Positions 1 through 8,565 of a stretch of 64,000 bases of DNA are shown in pieces; within the stretch, counting starts at the first letter, position 1, and each line of letters begins with the position of its first letter. Origin of the DNA: a virus. The translations under genes were made by a program, and so were the position numbers. The DNA lies in IMG/VR virus record IMGVR_UViG_3300007539_000009, positions 1 to 64,000 of that record, one strand, 5' to 3'. The notes under the pieces are model-generated. The model was not told the DNA's origin, did no database searches, and worked only from the letters and a program-made list of their open reading frames with translations.

Positions 1-2
1 AA

Positions 3-305
3 GGTATTGAGCTCCCGCCTAGGCCGTTCGACGGCCTGCCGAGATCACACAGCACCGCAGAGAAGGAAGCCTACTCTCGAATCCCGCTCATGAAGTCGGG
101 AGTTCCTGACATGGCTAACTACCCTGTCGACGGAGATCTGGATGCTGAGGCGTACCTGGATGCGCGCATCTGGCAGCCGTGGGTAAATGTCCTCAAACCC
201 GGCCCGTTCCACCGCGTCACCCTTTTCCGCTGGCGCTCCAGTACTGTGTGGGCGATCCGCGACCCGTACCACCTCGTTGTACATACCATCCCTGATGAAG
301 AGTGA
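3..305 (+). CDS. Hypothetical protein, 5'-truncated by window edge
   Basis: Frame 3 is open from position 3 to TGA 303-305 and includes the listed 90..305 ORF. Confidence 0.5.
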   Translation, partial: GIELPPRPFDGLPRSHSTAEKEAYSRIPLMKSGVPDMANYPVDGDLDAEAYLDARIWQPWVNVLKPGPFHRVTLFRWRSSTVWAIRDPYHLVVHTIPDEE

Positions 306-500
306 TACCATCACTGTCGACGTCAATGACGTCGTCGTTGTCTATCACGCTCGCTGCGCTGATGGCGCTACTGTTGCTTGCGCTCGCGTGAGGGCCTTCC
401 CGACGTGAGCAAGGTCGCCAAGGCCATAGGCGGCGGCGGTCACAGAAACGCGGCCGGATTCGCACAACCCACTCACATCCTTCCTGATTCCAATGCCTGA
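295..500 (+). pseudogene. Internally deleted, frameshifted DHH/DHHA1 phosphoesterase remnant
   Basis: Frame 1 from ATG 295 gives VVVYHARCADG (DHH N-terminal YHxxCxDG motif). Frame 3 from about 399 gives PDVSKVAKAIGGGGHRNAAGF (DHHA1 C-terminal GGGH..AAGF) to TGA 498-500. The central DHH motif region is absent. Confidence 0.6.
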
Positions 501-867
501 CGTCAGCGGTTGGTACCTAATTTCGAATCTCACCGAAGAACAGAAGCGTGCTCGCACAGCTGGAGAGGAGGTGGAACCGGCCAAGCAAGACCGCCTGGAG
601 GCGTACCCGAAAAGCGGAGTTGTCTGGCACTGCATGGTCTACCACCCATGCGAAGCGCGCAACTCCTGGGTTGCTATTGCACACTGGGCAGGAGCAGTGC
701 GCCGAAGCGAGATCCCTGTAGAGAGCCAGACTGGACAAACAGGTGCTCGCGCTGAGGCGGTTCGCCTGCTGCTAGAAGAACTGAAACGAACCGAGGACGA
801 CGCTACGTCGCCCGACTACTTGCTAGAGCAGGTTCCCGTGATTCGGGAGCAGCTAGCAGATTACTGA
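493..867 (+). CDS. Hypothetical protein
   Basis: 124-aa ORF packed with neighbours on the coding strand. Confidence 0.65.
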   Translation: MPDVSGWYLISNLTEEQKRARTAGEEVEPAKQDRLEAYPKSGVVWHCMVYHPCEARNSWVAIAHWAGAVRRSEIPVESQTGQTGARAEAVRLLLEELKRTEDDATSPDYLLEQVPVIREQLADY

Positions 868-870
868 ACC

Positions 871-1680
871 ATGCACCCTAGTGACTTTGAGGCCCTGAAG
901 AGCGGGAGCTACAGCGTTGAAGCGTTGCATCGCTTCGCGTACGTACCTCCCGCCAAGATGCAGATGCTTGCCGATCTGCTACCTGATGAAGAGTGGGGCG
1001 AGGGTCACCCGGTGTTGACCAAGTACTTGGCAGTGCACTTACCAAGGTGCATAGAAGCCGGTGCATTCGTGATCAACGAGAAAGACCAACTCGTTGTGCC
1101 TACAGGCTTCCGCGATGCGGAAGAGAACCAGCCCATCTTTCTCGCGTTCGGCGAGAACCAGAAGAAGGGCAGCACACAAGACAGTCCTGCCTGGCTCGCG
1201 TACGTCGGCATGTCTCCGCAAACCAACGGGGCCGTGCTGACGTTTCCCAGGGTCGACCCGGACTTGTGGCCTCTACTTCGCCGGACCAACCGGCCGTTCA
1301 TAGAAGCTCATGTAGAGTCGCGTGTGCCGCAAGATGCTCCGGACTGGGTCAAAGCAATGCCGATCCTGTCCTTCCAGGAGATGCTTGTCGGTCACGCGAT
1401 GAGTGCGTTCCGTGATGGAACCGCAGCACCGATGTGGATGCGCAACCAGCCGTCATACCTGATCCCTGTGTGGGCGAGCAGCAGGCAAACGCTAGATAGC
1501 GAGCCTGACTTCGTTGCCTGCGCAGAGGCGGCTAGTCCTGGAAGTCTAATCATCCGCACGCTGGGCGAAGCTGCTGAGTTCTACCCCAGAGCTCGAGCAG
1601 CCGTCGCTCGGTGGGAGCAACTCCCTGTGTGGCTTGTCAGCACATGGGAAGAAGCAGAGATGGAGGACGACAATGACTGA
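871..1680 (+). CDS. DUF3825-like domain protein
   Basis: HRFAY..LADL..DEEW...VLTKYL, TGF...PIFLAFGEN and APMW..YLIPV..RTL..YPRARA..W resemble the DUF3825 consensus as recalled. Confidence 0.6.
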   Translation: MHPSDFEALKSGSYSVEALHRFAYVPPAKMQMLADLLPDEEWGEGHPVLTKYLAVHLPRCIEAGAFVINEKDQLVVPTGFRDAEENQPIFLAFGENQKKGSTQDSPAWLAYVGMSPQTNGAVLTFPRVDPDLWPLLRRTNRPFIEAHVESRVPQDAPDWVKAMPILSFQEMLVGHAMSAFRDGTAAPMWMRNQPSYLIPVWASSRQTLDSEPDFVACAEAASPGSLIIRTLGEAAEFYPRARAAVARWEQLPVWLVSTWEEAEMEDDND

Positions 1681-1695
1681 ACCCGGAGTAGTCAC

Positions 1696-2043
1696 GTGCC
1701 TGAAGCGAAGCGTCCGAAAAGTCTGTTTGAGCAAGAGATTAAGTCACGCCTCAGTGGGCTGAGTTCCACGAATAAGCGGCTCGAGATCATGCTCGAGTAC
1801 GCGCCTGTTAGCCGCAACGCCGCTATTCAGCTCGACCCAGAGCTGATCAATCATCCAATGATTCGCACGCTGCTGGCTGCGCAAGAGCTAGCACGCAGAG
1901 CTTTGGATGAAGACATGGCGCCGCTAGATGCTCTGTCTCGCATTCAGCAGATGGTTACGGCGCTGATCCCTACGGCTGACAGTGCGTGCCTATCACGCGC
2001 AGCTAAGAAGGCTGCGGCTGCGCAGCTAGACCGGTTTACATGA
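1696..2043 (+). CDS. Hypothetical protein
   Basis: 115-aa helical-looking ORF in operon context. Confidence 0.6.
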   Translation: MPEAKRPKSLFEQEIKSRLSGLSSTNKRLEIMLEYAPVSRNAAIQLDPELINHPMIRTLLAAQELARRALDEDMAPLDALSRIQQMVTALIPTADSACLSRAAKKAAAAQLDRFT

Positions 2044-2053
2044 CATGAGTTAG

Positions 2054-2197
2054 ATGACCGAGGATCTACTGATCCGAAACCCTCTACAGACCACGGAAGA
2101 CAACACCGAGACGATGTACCAGCGTGGGTGCTACCAATGCACCTACTGGACGCTGGCGCTCTTGTCAGCGCTAGTCGTCATCGCCCACACCGTGTGA
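2054..2197 (+). CDS. Small putative membrane peptide (47 aa)
   Basis: Hand translation MTEDLLIRNP...YWTLALLSALVVIAHTV; ends just before a terminator. Confidence 0.4.
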   Translation: MTEDLLIRNPLQTTEDNTETMYQRGCYQCTYWTLALLSALVVIAHTV

Positions 2198-2200
2198 ACC

Positions 2201-2229
2201 AAGGCCACCTTCCCGGGTGGCCTTCTTTT
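2201..2229 (+). terminator. Intrinsic terminator
   Basis: aaggccacc/ggtggcctt 9-bp stem followed by ctttt. Confidence 0.6.
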
Positions 2230-2245
2230 ATGCACCAGAGAGTCC

Positions 2246-2640
2246 ATGAACACAGACCGAATCATCGAGCGGATGCTGAACCTGAGCCGGAAGCAAGGCA
2301 ACAAGCCAGCACCTGCGCTGCTCGAGGCAGCTACTGAGCCCTCCAAGATCGCAGGAGTCGACGCGATGCTGCCTGAACTGCTGATCGCGTTTACTGGCTC
2401 GTGCGCGGTTTCGAGCAGGAGTTCCCGCTGCAGGCAGTGACTACTACCCAGGTCCACGACGAGACAACCTTCACCATGAACAATCCTGCCACCAATGGGC
2501 CTACCACCTTCACGTGGGCAGGTCGCATGCCGGCCCGAGATGTTGCGGCTGCGGTGGTAGCCGACGCCATCGCCGAGGTGAACGAGCAGGCTGAGGAGAT
2601 CGGCGAGGGGCAAGAAGAGCTCGAAGATGGCGAGCCCTAA
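2246..2640 (+). pseudogene. Probable single gene split by a 1-nt frameshift near 2375-2385
   Basis: ORFs 2246..2440 and 2401..2640 join smoothly as ...MLPEL/ADRVYWLVRGFEQEF...; coding-like codon usage switches frame at this point. Confidence 0.4.
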
Positions 2641-2642
2641 CG

Positions 2643-2677
2643 AAAAGAGCCCCAAGGCTTTATGGGCCTTGGGGCTC
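2643..2677 (-). terminator. Perfect 12-bp hairpin with T-tract on the minus strand
   Basis: gagccccaaggc (2647-2658) / gccttggggctc (2666-2677), preceded by aaaa on the + strand. Confidence 0.5.
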
Positions 2678-2966
2678 CCGGAGGTTGGACTCAGGCTGTC
2701 AGGGGTCTTGACTCGCCAAAGATCCGGAGTAGGGTCACTCGTCTGTGGGGCCCCGCCCCCCTGCCGTAGTTGGTGTGTGTCGCACCAGCAGAGAACGGTG
2801 TTGACTTGGCCCCGTGCCGTACGACTCCCATGAGAAAAAAGCCGCACGACCTGTGCAGTGTAGAGCAACACGCATCGAATCGCCAACCCCATACAACGGG
2901 TTTCTCACGAGATCACGGATGCGTAACTGTTGAAACGATCACCACTTACGGCGCTGAGGTGCAGCT

Positions 2967-4433
2967 GTGAGTGGATTCATGACGCTCTACAAGTGTGTTG
3001 GATCCTCCAACGTCCTCACGAAATCCGACCGGCTGGTGTTTCATACGGTCGCTGAGCTCAGTGAGGCGGGGCGGACACAACTGTGCTTCGCCAGCCAGCG
3101 GACCATGGCTGAGGAGAGCGGGGTCAGCCTGACGGCACTGAAGCGTAGTCTCCAGCGTCTGACTGATGTCGGCGCGATCATCAAGCACGACCGCAGAGGG
3201 AAGCGGCCGAGCTACTTTCTGCCTGAGCGGGTGACGCTGGCGATGATCTACGCCATGGAGCCAATGGCTCACCTGAGCAAAACGGTCATCGACCACCTAG
3301 TCAAGCTGTTCGAGATGAACGACTGGCTAGCAGAGAAGGTGGAGCTGCTGCGGAAGAAGATGACGAAGGCGAAGCGCTGGGCGAAGCGCGCCGAGGCCAA
3401 GGCGGAGCCTGCCACCGCCACCCCCCTGCACCCCCCAGTCGGCCCCTGCGGGGCCTCCTGTGACGGGTCCAAAAATGGACCCGCCACTGAAAGAGTAACC
3501 CTAGAAAGGGCCAGTGGCCTGGCAAGTGACCTCCTCCACATGGTCAGAAGGAGACGAACCGATAGGTCCATCGGCGATGCTCTGTCCTCTGACGAAGTGT
3601 TGGAGACTCAGCGCAAGCGGGCTGAAAGCCGTAGGAGGAAGCGGCTGGGGAACATCGTTCCCGAACCTCCCAAGGAGGAGCAGAAGTACGTAGCAGGGTC
3701 GATCACAGCCGATGTCGATCAGTGGTCCAACAGCCGGCTTCTACACTACGTGATGCACCGAGCTCACATCCACGGAGTGATGATGTGGAGCAACAGCCGG
3801 GGTCAGCACAGCTTCGAGAAGCCGCTGAAGATCCAGCCGAAGTTCATCTCCCAGTTCACGAAGCTAGTGGATGTGCTGATTGCCAACGGGTACCGAACTC
3901 GGTACGACCAAGCCCAGATGTTCGATGCCTGGTTTGCCAATTGGACTCGATTCCTGGGGGATCTACCCAAGACTCGTTGTGACCACTTCAATCCGATCTA
4001 CTGGATGAAAGCGTGGGATCAGGCCGGGGAGGTCGTCCGCCTGTTCTATCGGCCGAAGTCCAAGGACGAGATGATCGCTCGAGCCAAGGAGCTGGAGACC
4101 ACGGTGGACCACGAGGGGATCATGCAGGCTCCGCTCCCCGCAGATCTCGAACAAGCTGCTAACCGCATCAAGCGCGCTGAGCAGACTGGTGAGTACGACT
4201 ACCAGCACCTGGCAGAACTGCTGCACAGCGTTGATAGCTCGTGGTACTCTCCGGATCAGATCTCGAAAGAAGATCTGAAGGGTATCGTTACCCAGTGCCG
4301 CCTGTTCCCTGAGCAGACGGATAGGCAGACTCTGGAGAACGTAGCGCTCTATCTCGGAAAGTCAAAGCACCACGGTCTGACGAGTTTTGAGACATACAGG
4401 CTCTCTCAGAGACTTCAACAACACCTCAAGTGA
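2967..4433 (+). CDS. Replication initiator-like protein with N-terminal winged HTH (HTH_36-like)
   Basis: LTKSDRLVF..L...CFASQRTMAEESGVSLTALKRSLQRLTDVGAI matches the phage initiator HTH pattern; lies upstream of loader and DnaB. Confidence 0.6.
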   Translation: MSGFMTLYKCVGSSNVLTKSDRLVFHTVAELSEAGRTQLCFASQRTMAEESGVSLTALKRSLQRLTDVGAIIKHDRRGKRPSYFLPERVTLAMIYAMEPMAHLSKTVIDHLVKLFEMNDWLAEKVELLRKKMTKAKRWAKRAEAKAEPATATPLHPPVGPCGASCDGSKNGPATERVTLERASGLASDLLHMVRRRRTDRSIGDALSSDEVLETQRKRAESRRRKRLGNIVPEPPKEEQKYVAGSITADVDQWSNSRLLHYVMHRAHIHGVMMWSNSRGQHSFEKPLKIQPKFISQFTKLVDVLIANGYRTRYDQAQMFDAWFANWTRFLGDLPKTRCDHFNPIYWMKAWDQAGEVVRLFYRPKSKDEMIARAKELETTVDHEGIMQAPLPADLEQAANRIKRAEQTGEYDYQHLAELLHSVDSSWYSPDQISKEDLKGIVTQCRLFPEQTDRQTLENVALYLGKSKHHGLTSFETYRLSQRLQQHLK

Positions 4434-5641
4434 CCATGCTTACAACCACAATCAACGACCGCACATTCGTCCTCAACGGCAAGACCTACAAAGCGGGAGA
4501 GCGTCTACAGCTCACAGGCGCTGAAGACGAACTACTCGCCGAAGCCGTTGAGCTCGAGCGCAAGATTCGCAACAGCCGTTCAGCGCTGTGGACTGCGTGC
4601 CTCAGCTCCACAGACGACTACTTGCCGGACACCGCTCGCGAGTACTACGACTACGACGGCTACAGCAACGACCACGCTTCGGTCACAGCACGGCTGATTC
4701 GGGAGATCTGTGGTCGTCTGGGCGGGATCATCCCGCTCACCATCGTGACCAAGGTGGAGGACGGAGACGTTCCGCACATCCTGGTCAACCAGATGGCGCC
4801 GAACACCAACCTGCAGCTGGACATGTCTCGTATCCGGCAGCAGACCGCGTTCAACTCCATCGTCGGAGACGTGCGTCTGTTCGCTCTGCGCATGCTCGGC
4901 CGTAACGGCGACATCAACCAAGAGACGCACGACCTCATGGCCGAAGGCCGTGTGGAAGCCAACGTCGACGAGTGGATCACCACAGGCGTGCCGTACCTCG
5001 CACTGGACTCGGGTCTTCTTGGTGATGACTACCAGTTCACGGAAGCCGACGAGGACGAGCGCTTCGACGTCGTCCGTCAGGAAGACCCGGAAGCGTCGTC
5101 GTTCGTTCCGACCATACTCAAGGGTCTGACCGGCCTGCTGTCTCAGGGTGCGCGTGTGCAGGAGATCGTCTCCCGCCGCGTACCCATGGCTCAGCTATTC
5201 GTCGCCATCGGTCCGGATCGAACCATCGTCGCCAACCTGACCCCGATCGTCGGCACCACGAACGAGGAGCGTGAGAACGAGAAGATCAAGATCATCCACA
5301 AGATCCTCGAGCGCTGCCAGGCGACCGCGTTCTCCATCCTCCAGTACGGCATGCTCGACCCGGACGGATCCGGGGTGGACATGCAGCCGGCCAACCGTTC
5401 ACAGCTTCCGAACGGCGTACGCGTTGCCCTGTCTCTCCGAAGCAACGCTGCGGAGCGTGGCTTCATCACCGGGTCGTATCAGTACACGATCGACACGCCT
5501 CCCGGCGAACCGGTGCAAGTGAAGGTCTTCGCATACCACGAAGACAACCCGGCCCTCCCGACTCGGGACGGCGTTGGGAAGATCGCAGAACTCTGGGGCT
5601 CTCTCATCGGTAGCGAGGCAGCTACTGCAGCCGCAGAGTGA
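4430..5641 (+). CDS. Hypothetical protein
   Basis: 403-aa ORF with strong codon bias; overlaps the upstream stop. Confidence 0.8.
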   Translation: MTMLTTTINDRTFVLNGKTYKAGERLQLTGAEDELLAEAVELERKIRNSRSALWTACLSSTDDYLPDTAREYYDYDGYSNDHASVTARLIREICGRLGGIIPLTIVTKVEDGDVPHILVNQMAPNTNLQLDMSRIRQQTAFNSIVGDVRLFALRMLGRNGDINQETHDLMAEGRVEANVDEWITTGVPYLALDSGLLGDDYQFTEADEDERFDVVRQEDPEASSFVPTILKGLTGLLSQGARVQEIVSRRVPMAQLFVAIGPDRTIVANLTPIVGTTNEERENEKIKIIHKILERCQATAFSILQYGMLDPDGSGVDMQPANRSQLPNGVRVALSLRSNAAERGFITGSYQYTIDTPPGEPVQVKVFAYHEDNPALPTRDGVGKIAELWGSLIGSEAATAAAE

Positions 5642-5678
5642 TGCGACTTTGACACACGTCGGTTGATGTGTTGTTGTG

Positions 5679-5710
5679 GGGCCGGGTACCTGCGGGTAGC
5701 CGGTCCTTTT
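5679..5710 (+). terminator. Putative intrinsic terminator
   Basis: gggccgg-g-tacc tgcg ggta-g-ccggtcc followed by tttt. Confidence 0.4.
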
Positions 5711-5728
5711 CCATGTAGAGGTCACACG

Positions 5729-6457
5729 ATGATTCTTATTAACGCGCGCGAGAACCCTCCGATCAAGGCGACGCAGGTGCCTGGAGAGGCGAGCTACTAC
5801 TACGATCCCAGGCCGAAACTTGGCGGCGACTTCCTCGCCTGGACCAAGGCGTCGAAGTACGACGACCGCTGGATCAAAGCGCTTCGCCGGCACTACCAAG
5901 GTGATTCGAAGTTCGAGCGGCCAAGCCTGTTCTTCTTCGAGAAAGCTCCGTACGCCAAGGATCACGCGATGGAGCTGTTCACTACGCACCGAGACGAGGT
6001 CGCTAAAGACGTCTACCGGTGGCAAGCGCTCATGGGCTCGATGATCCGGTGCATGGCGCACTGGACGTTGGACTTCGCTGTTCGAGACTTCCTGTGGCAA
6101 GAACACCACCTGATGCAGAACGTTGAGTGGGAGCCCGACACGGGCCAGACGTTCCGGGCGCACTTGGTCCAGGGTGATGTCATCGGGCTGTACGGCATGC
6201 CTGAGTACGACGAGAGCAACGAGATGACGATGCTGCTGAACAACCTGATAGCGGCACGGTACCGCGACACAGGTAAGCCCAAAATCACGCTGATGATCGG
6301 TCCGCACCAGACCTACCCAGCGTGCTTGGACATTCAAGGAATCAAGCTCCCGGCTCCGATCACGCAAACAGAACAGGACAAGCACGCAGACGCGCCTAAC
6401 GTCGTAGACAGCGAGCTCATCAAAGACGACCTAGACAGGATACTTGGCAGTGAGTGA
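5729..6457 (+). CDS. Degenerate DnaC/IstB-like helicase loader
   Basis: C-terminal LVQGDVIGLYGMPEY..LLNNLIAARYRDTGKPKITLM resembles the DnaC LLILDDLG..LIxxRY..KPTIIT pattern. No GKT Walker A. Directly upstream of dnaB. GAGG lies 5' of ATG 5729. Confidence 0.45.
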   Translation: MILINARENPPIKATQVPGEASYYYDPRPKLGGDFLAWTKASKYDDRWIKALRRHYQGDSKFERPSLFFFEKAPYAKDHAMELFTTHRDEVAKDVYRWQALMGSMIRCMAHWTLDFAVRDFLWQEHHLMQNVEWEPDTGQTFRAHLVQGDVIGLYGMPEYDESNEMTMLLNNLIAARYRDTGKPKITLMIGPHQTYPACLDIQGIKLPAPITQTEQDKHADAPNVVDSELIKDDLDRILGSE

Positions 6458-7949
6458 TGACGAGTACGAAGGCTCTGCTGAGGAGCTAGATGACCTGATG
6501 GAGCTCGGAGACGACTTCGAGGGTCTTGATGACCTGCTTGACGTCCAGGACGACTCAAGCATCAAGGGTCAAGTGGAGCAGGCGCTGCTGGTCAAGATCC
6601 TGAGAGAGAAAGACACCAAGGGGTTCAACTGGTTGGTTCGTGAAGGCTGTAAGGCCGACATGTTCAACAAGCAGGTCCAGCCGATCTACGAACACATCGC
6701 TGACTATCGGCGAGACTATGGCGTCGTTCCTGACATCGAGATGCTCAGGGTCCAGCGACCGTCCATGTACGAGATGCTGGCTGGCGTGCCGACTTTCGAG
6801 GCACCGCTTGAAGCGCTGTATGACGAGGTGCTGCAAGACAAGGTGCTGCAGGAGATCACTCAGCTCGGCGCTGGTATCGCAAAGCGCATGGAAGCGGAGG
6901 AAAGCGGCTTCACCGTACTCGACTTCGTGTCTCAGCACGTTCAGACCATCGCACGCAGGTACACACGCTCACGCTTCAGCACCTCGAGTGTGGGCGGTGT
7001 GGGTGACGCGCTAATCCAGGACTACATGGACGGGATGAACAACGTGACGCGCGGCATTCCGTGCCCGTTCCCGTTCATCCAAGAAGCGCTCGGTGGTTGG
7101 GAGCTGTCACAGCTCGTAGCGATCGTTGCAAAGCCAGGTACCGGCAAGACGTTCTTCGAGCTCCTGTGTGTCGACGCAGCTGTGCACGGTGACCCGTACC
7201 GCTGGTCCAAAGGAGAAGGTCTACCTGAGTACACAGATGAGCAAAAGGAGGCAGCTCGAGCCAAAGCACTGCTGGTCAGTATGGAGATGAGCGACCTCGA
7301 CATCTCTCGTCGACTGATTGCGCTCTACATGCAGCTCAGCTTTGCTCGTATCCGTGCGCACAAGCTCACTGACGAAGAGCGCGAGACCTACTTCAAGTTC
7401 ATTCGTGAACTGAAGACTGGCGGCATCAATGAGATGATCGAAGACCGAGTACGTCTGGTAGGTCCAGGTGCTGCGACAACCATCGATCAAATCGCAGCGC
7501 AGGCAGAAGACTTCGGTGCCGACATCGTCTTCATTGACGGCTTCTATCTGCTGGAGGGAGAAGGCGAAGAAGCGTGGCAGCGCGTAGGCCACAACACGCG
7601 TGCAGCGCGACTGCAATCACTCAAGACACCCACTCACTGGCAGCTCGCCAGTCAGCTCAACAGATCTGCAAGGAGCCGAGACTCCACCAGCCTCGACACG
7701 CTGGCGTTCTCTTCTAGCATCGGGTTCGACTGCACAAACGTGTTCGCGTTGTCGCAGACAGCTGATCAGAAGAAGAACCGATTCGTCGACATGTTCGCAC
7801 TGAAGATGCGCGATGGCGACGTCAACAAACCGTTCCTCTACAACTGGAACCCTGTTCAGATGAGCTTCTCCGAGATCGGCGAAGCTGTGTCGAACGACGA
7901 CATCGCAACAGGCTCAACGGGCGGAGGCCCTAAACAACTCAGCTACTGA
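6450..7949 (+). CDS. dnaB: Replicative DNA helicase, DnaB family
   Basis: Walker A AKPGTGKT, VSMEMS, Walker B IVFIDGFYLL, ASQLNR, LKMRDG. Confidence 0.92.
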   Translation: MSDDEYEGSAEELDDLMELGDDFEGLDDLLDVQDDSSIKGQVEQALLVKILREKDTKGFNWLVREGCKADMFNKQVQPIYEHIADYRRDYGVVPDIEMLRVQRPSMYEMLAGVPTFEAPLEALYDEVLQDKVLQEITQLGAGIAKRMEAEESGFTVLDFVSQHVQTIARRYTRSRFSTSSVGGVGDALIQDYMDGMNNVTRGIPCPFPFIQEALGGWELSQLVAIVAKPGTGKTFFELLCVDAAVHGDPYRWSKGEGLPEYTDEQKEAARAKALLVSMEMSDLDISRRLIALYMQLSFARIRAHKLTDEERETYFKFIRELKTGGINEMIEDRVRLVGPGAATTIDQIAAQAEDFGADIVFIDGFYLLEGEGEEAWQRVGHNTRAARLQSLKTPTHWQLASQLNRSARSRDSTSLDTLAFSSSIGFDCTNVFALSQTADQKKNRFVDMFALKMRDGDVNKPFLYNWNPVQMSFSEIGEAVSNDDIATGSTGGGPKQLSY

Positions 7950-8254
7950 TGCACGAGCACATTGAGAAAGCACTGTATGACCTTCGCGACGAGTTCGAGA
8001 CCAAGAGCATGTCCACACTTGCTCAGTACCTACGCGCCCGGATCATCGACTGGCAACGAAGGCATCCGGGTGTAGGCGTAACGCTTTGGTGGTACGACGA
8101 CTGCATCGTGTCGATCTACCCGGATGACGAAGAAGATCTAGGTGATGAGCTCCACGACCTGCAGAACTGGGTGAATGAGTTCTTGGACGATTACTTCAGC
8201 GAAGACGTAAGTGCTTTTCCTAACGACGAAACCCAGTGCTATCCGTCCCAGTAA
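7949..8254 (+). CDS. Hypothetical acidic protein
   Basis: 101-aa ORF coupled to dnaB by TGATG overlap. Confidence 0.65.
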   Translation: MHEHIEKALYDLRDEFETKSMSTLAQYLRARIIDWQRRHPGVGVTLWWYDDCIVSIYPDDEEDLGDELHDLQNWVNEFLDDYFSEDVSAFPNDETQCYPSQ

Positions 8255-8263
8255 GTAGTGCCC

Positions 8264-8315
8264 AAAATGTAAGAAAACATGACATGAGTCTATTGAGGGA
8301 AACTGTACTCCCTCA
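8264..8315 (+). promoter_or_regulatory. Putative phage promoter AAAATG-N17-AGTCTATT with downstream GAGGGA/TCCCTC hairpin
   Basis: AAAATG 8264-8269 and AGTCTATTGAGGGAA from 8287; same elements and same 17-nt spacing at 34366/34389. Intergenic, with GGAG and ATG 8334 downstream. Confidence 0.6.
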
Positions 8316-8333
8316 CAACCACGGAGAACTCAG

Positions 8334-8552
8334 ATGATCTTGTACGAGATCCAGCTGGTCGACGAGGATGTCACGATCGTGGACACCATCGAAGGTGTTC
8401 GTTCGTGGCTAGAGTGCTACGGCGCACTCGGCGTGCGCCTGAACGCCTCGACCAAAGAGTGGGTTCGTGTGGATGTGCCGGCCATCTCAGGGCCTGTGTA
8501 CGTTCGCCGAGCTCTTTCTCCTACACACGTCGCGGATAACCTCCGCGCATGA
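8334..8552 (+). CDS. Hypothetical protein
   Basis: 72 aa, SD GGAG, first gene after the putative promoter. Confidence 0.6.
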   Translation: MILYEIQLVDEDVTIVDTIEGVRSWLECYGALGVRLNASTKEWVRVDVPAISGPVYVRRALSPTHVADNLRA

Positions 8553-8565
8553 CTCCAGCAGACTC

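Noticed and set aside
291-995. 14-nt repeat cctgatgaagagtg (291 and 982) containing CUGAUGA, a hammerhead core
   Set aside because: Both copies encode PDEE within ORFs, and no GAAA partner stems are evident.
2801-2830. TTGACT..TACGACT promoter or tRNA T-arm-like sequence
   Set aside because: Spacing is too short for a promoter and no cloverleaf can be folded.
5649-5680. TTGACA as a sigma70 promoter
   Set aside because: No TAnnnT at 16-18 nt spacing, and a terminator-like hairpin follows.
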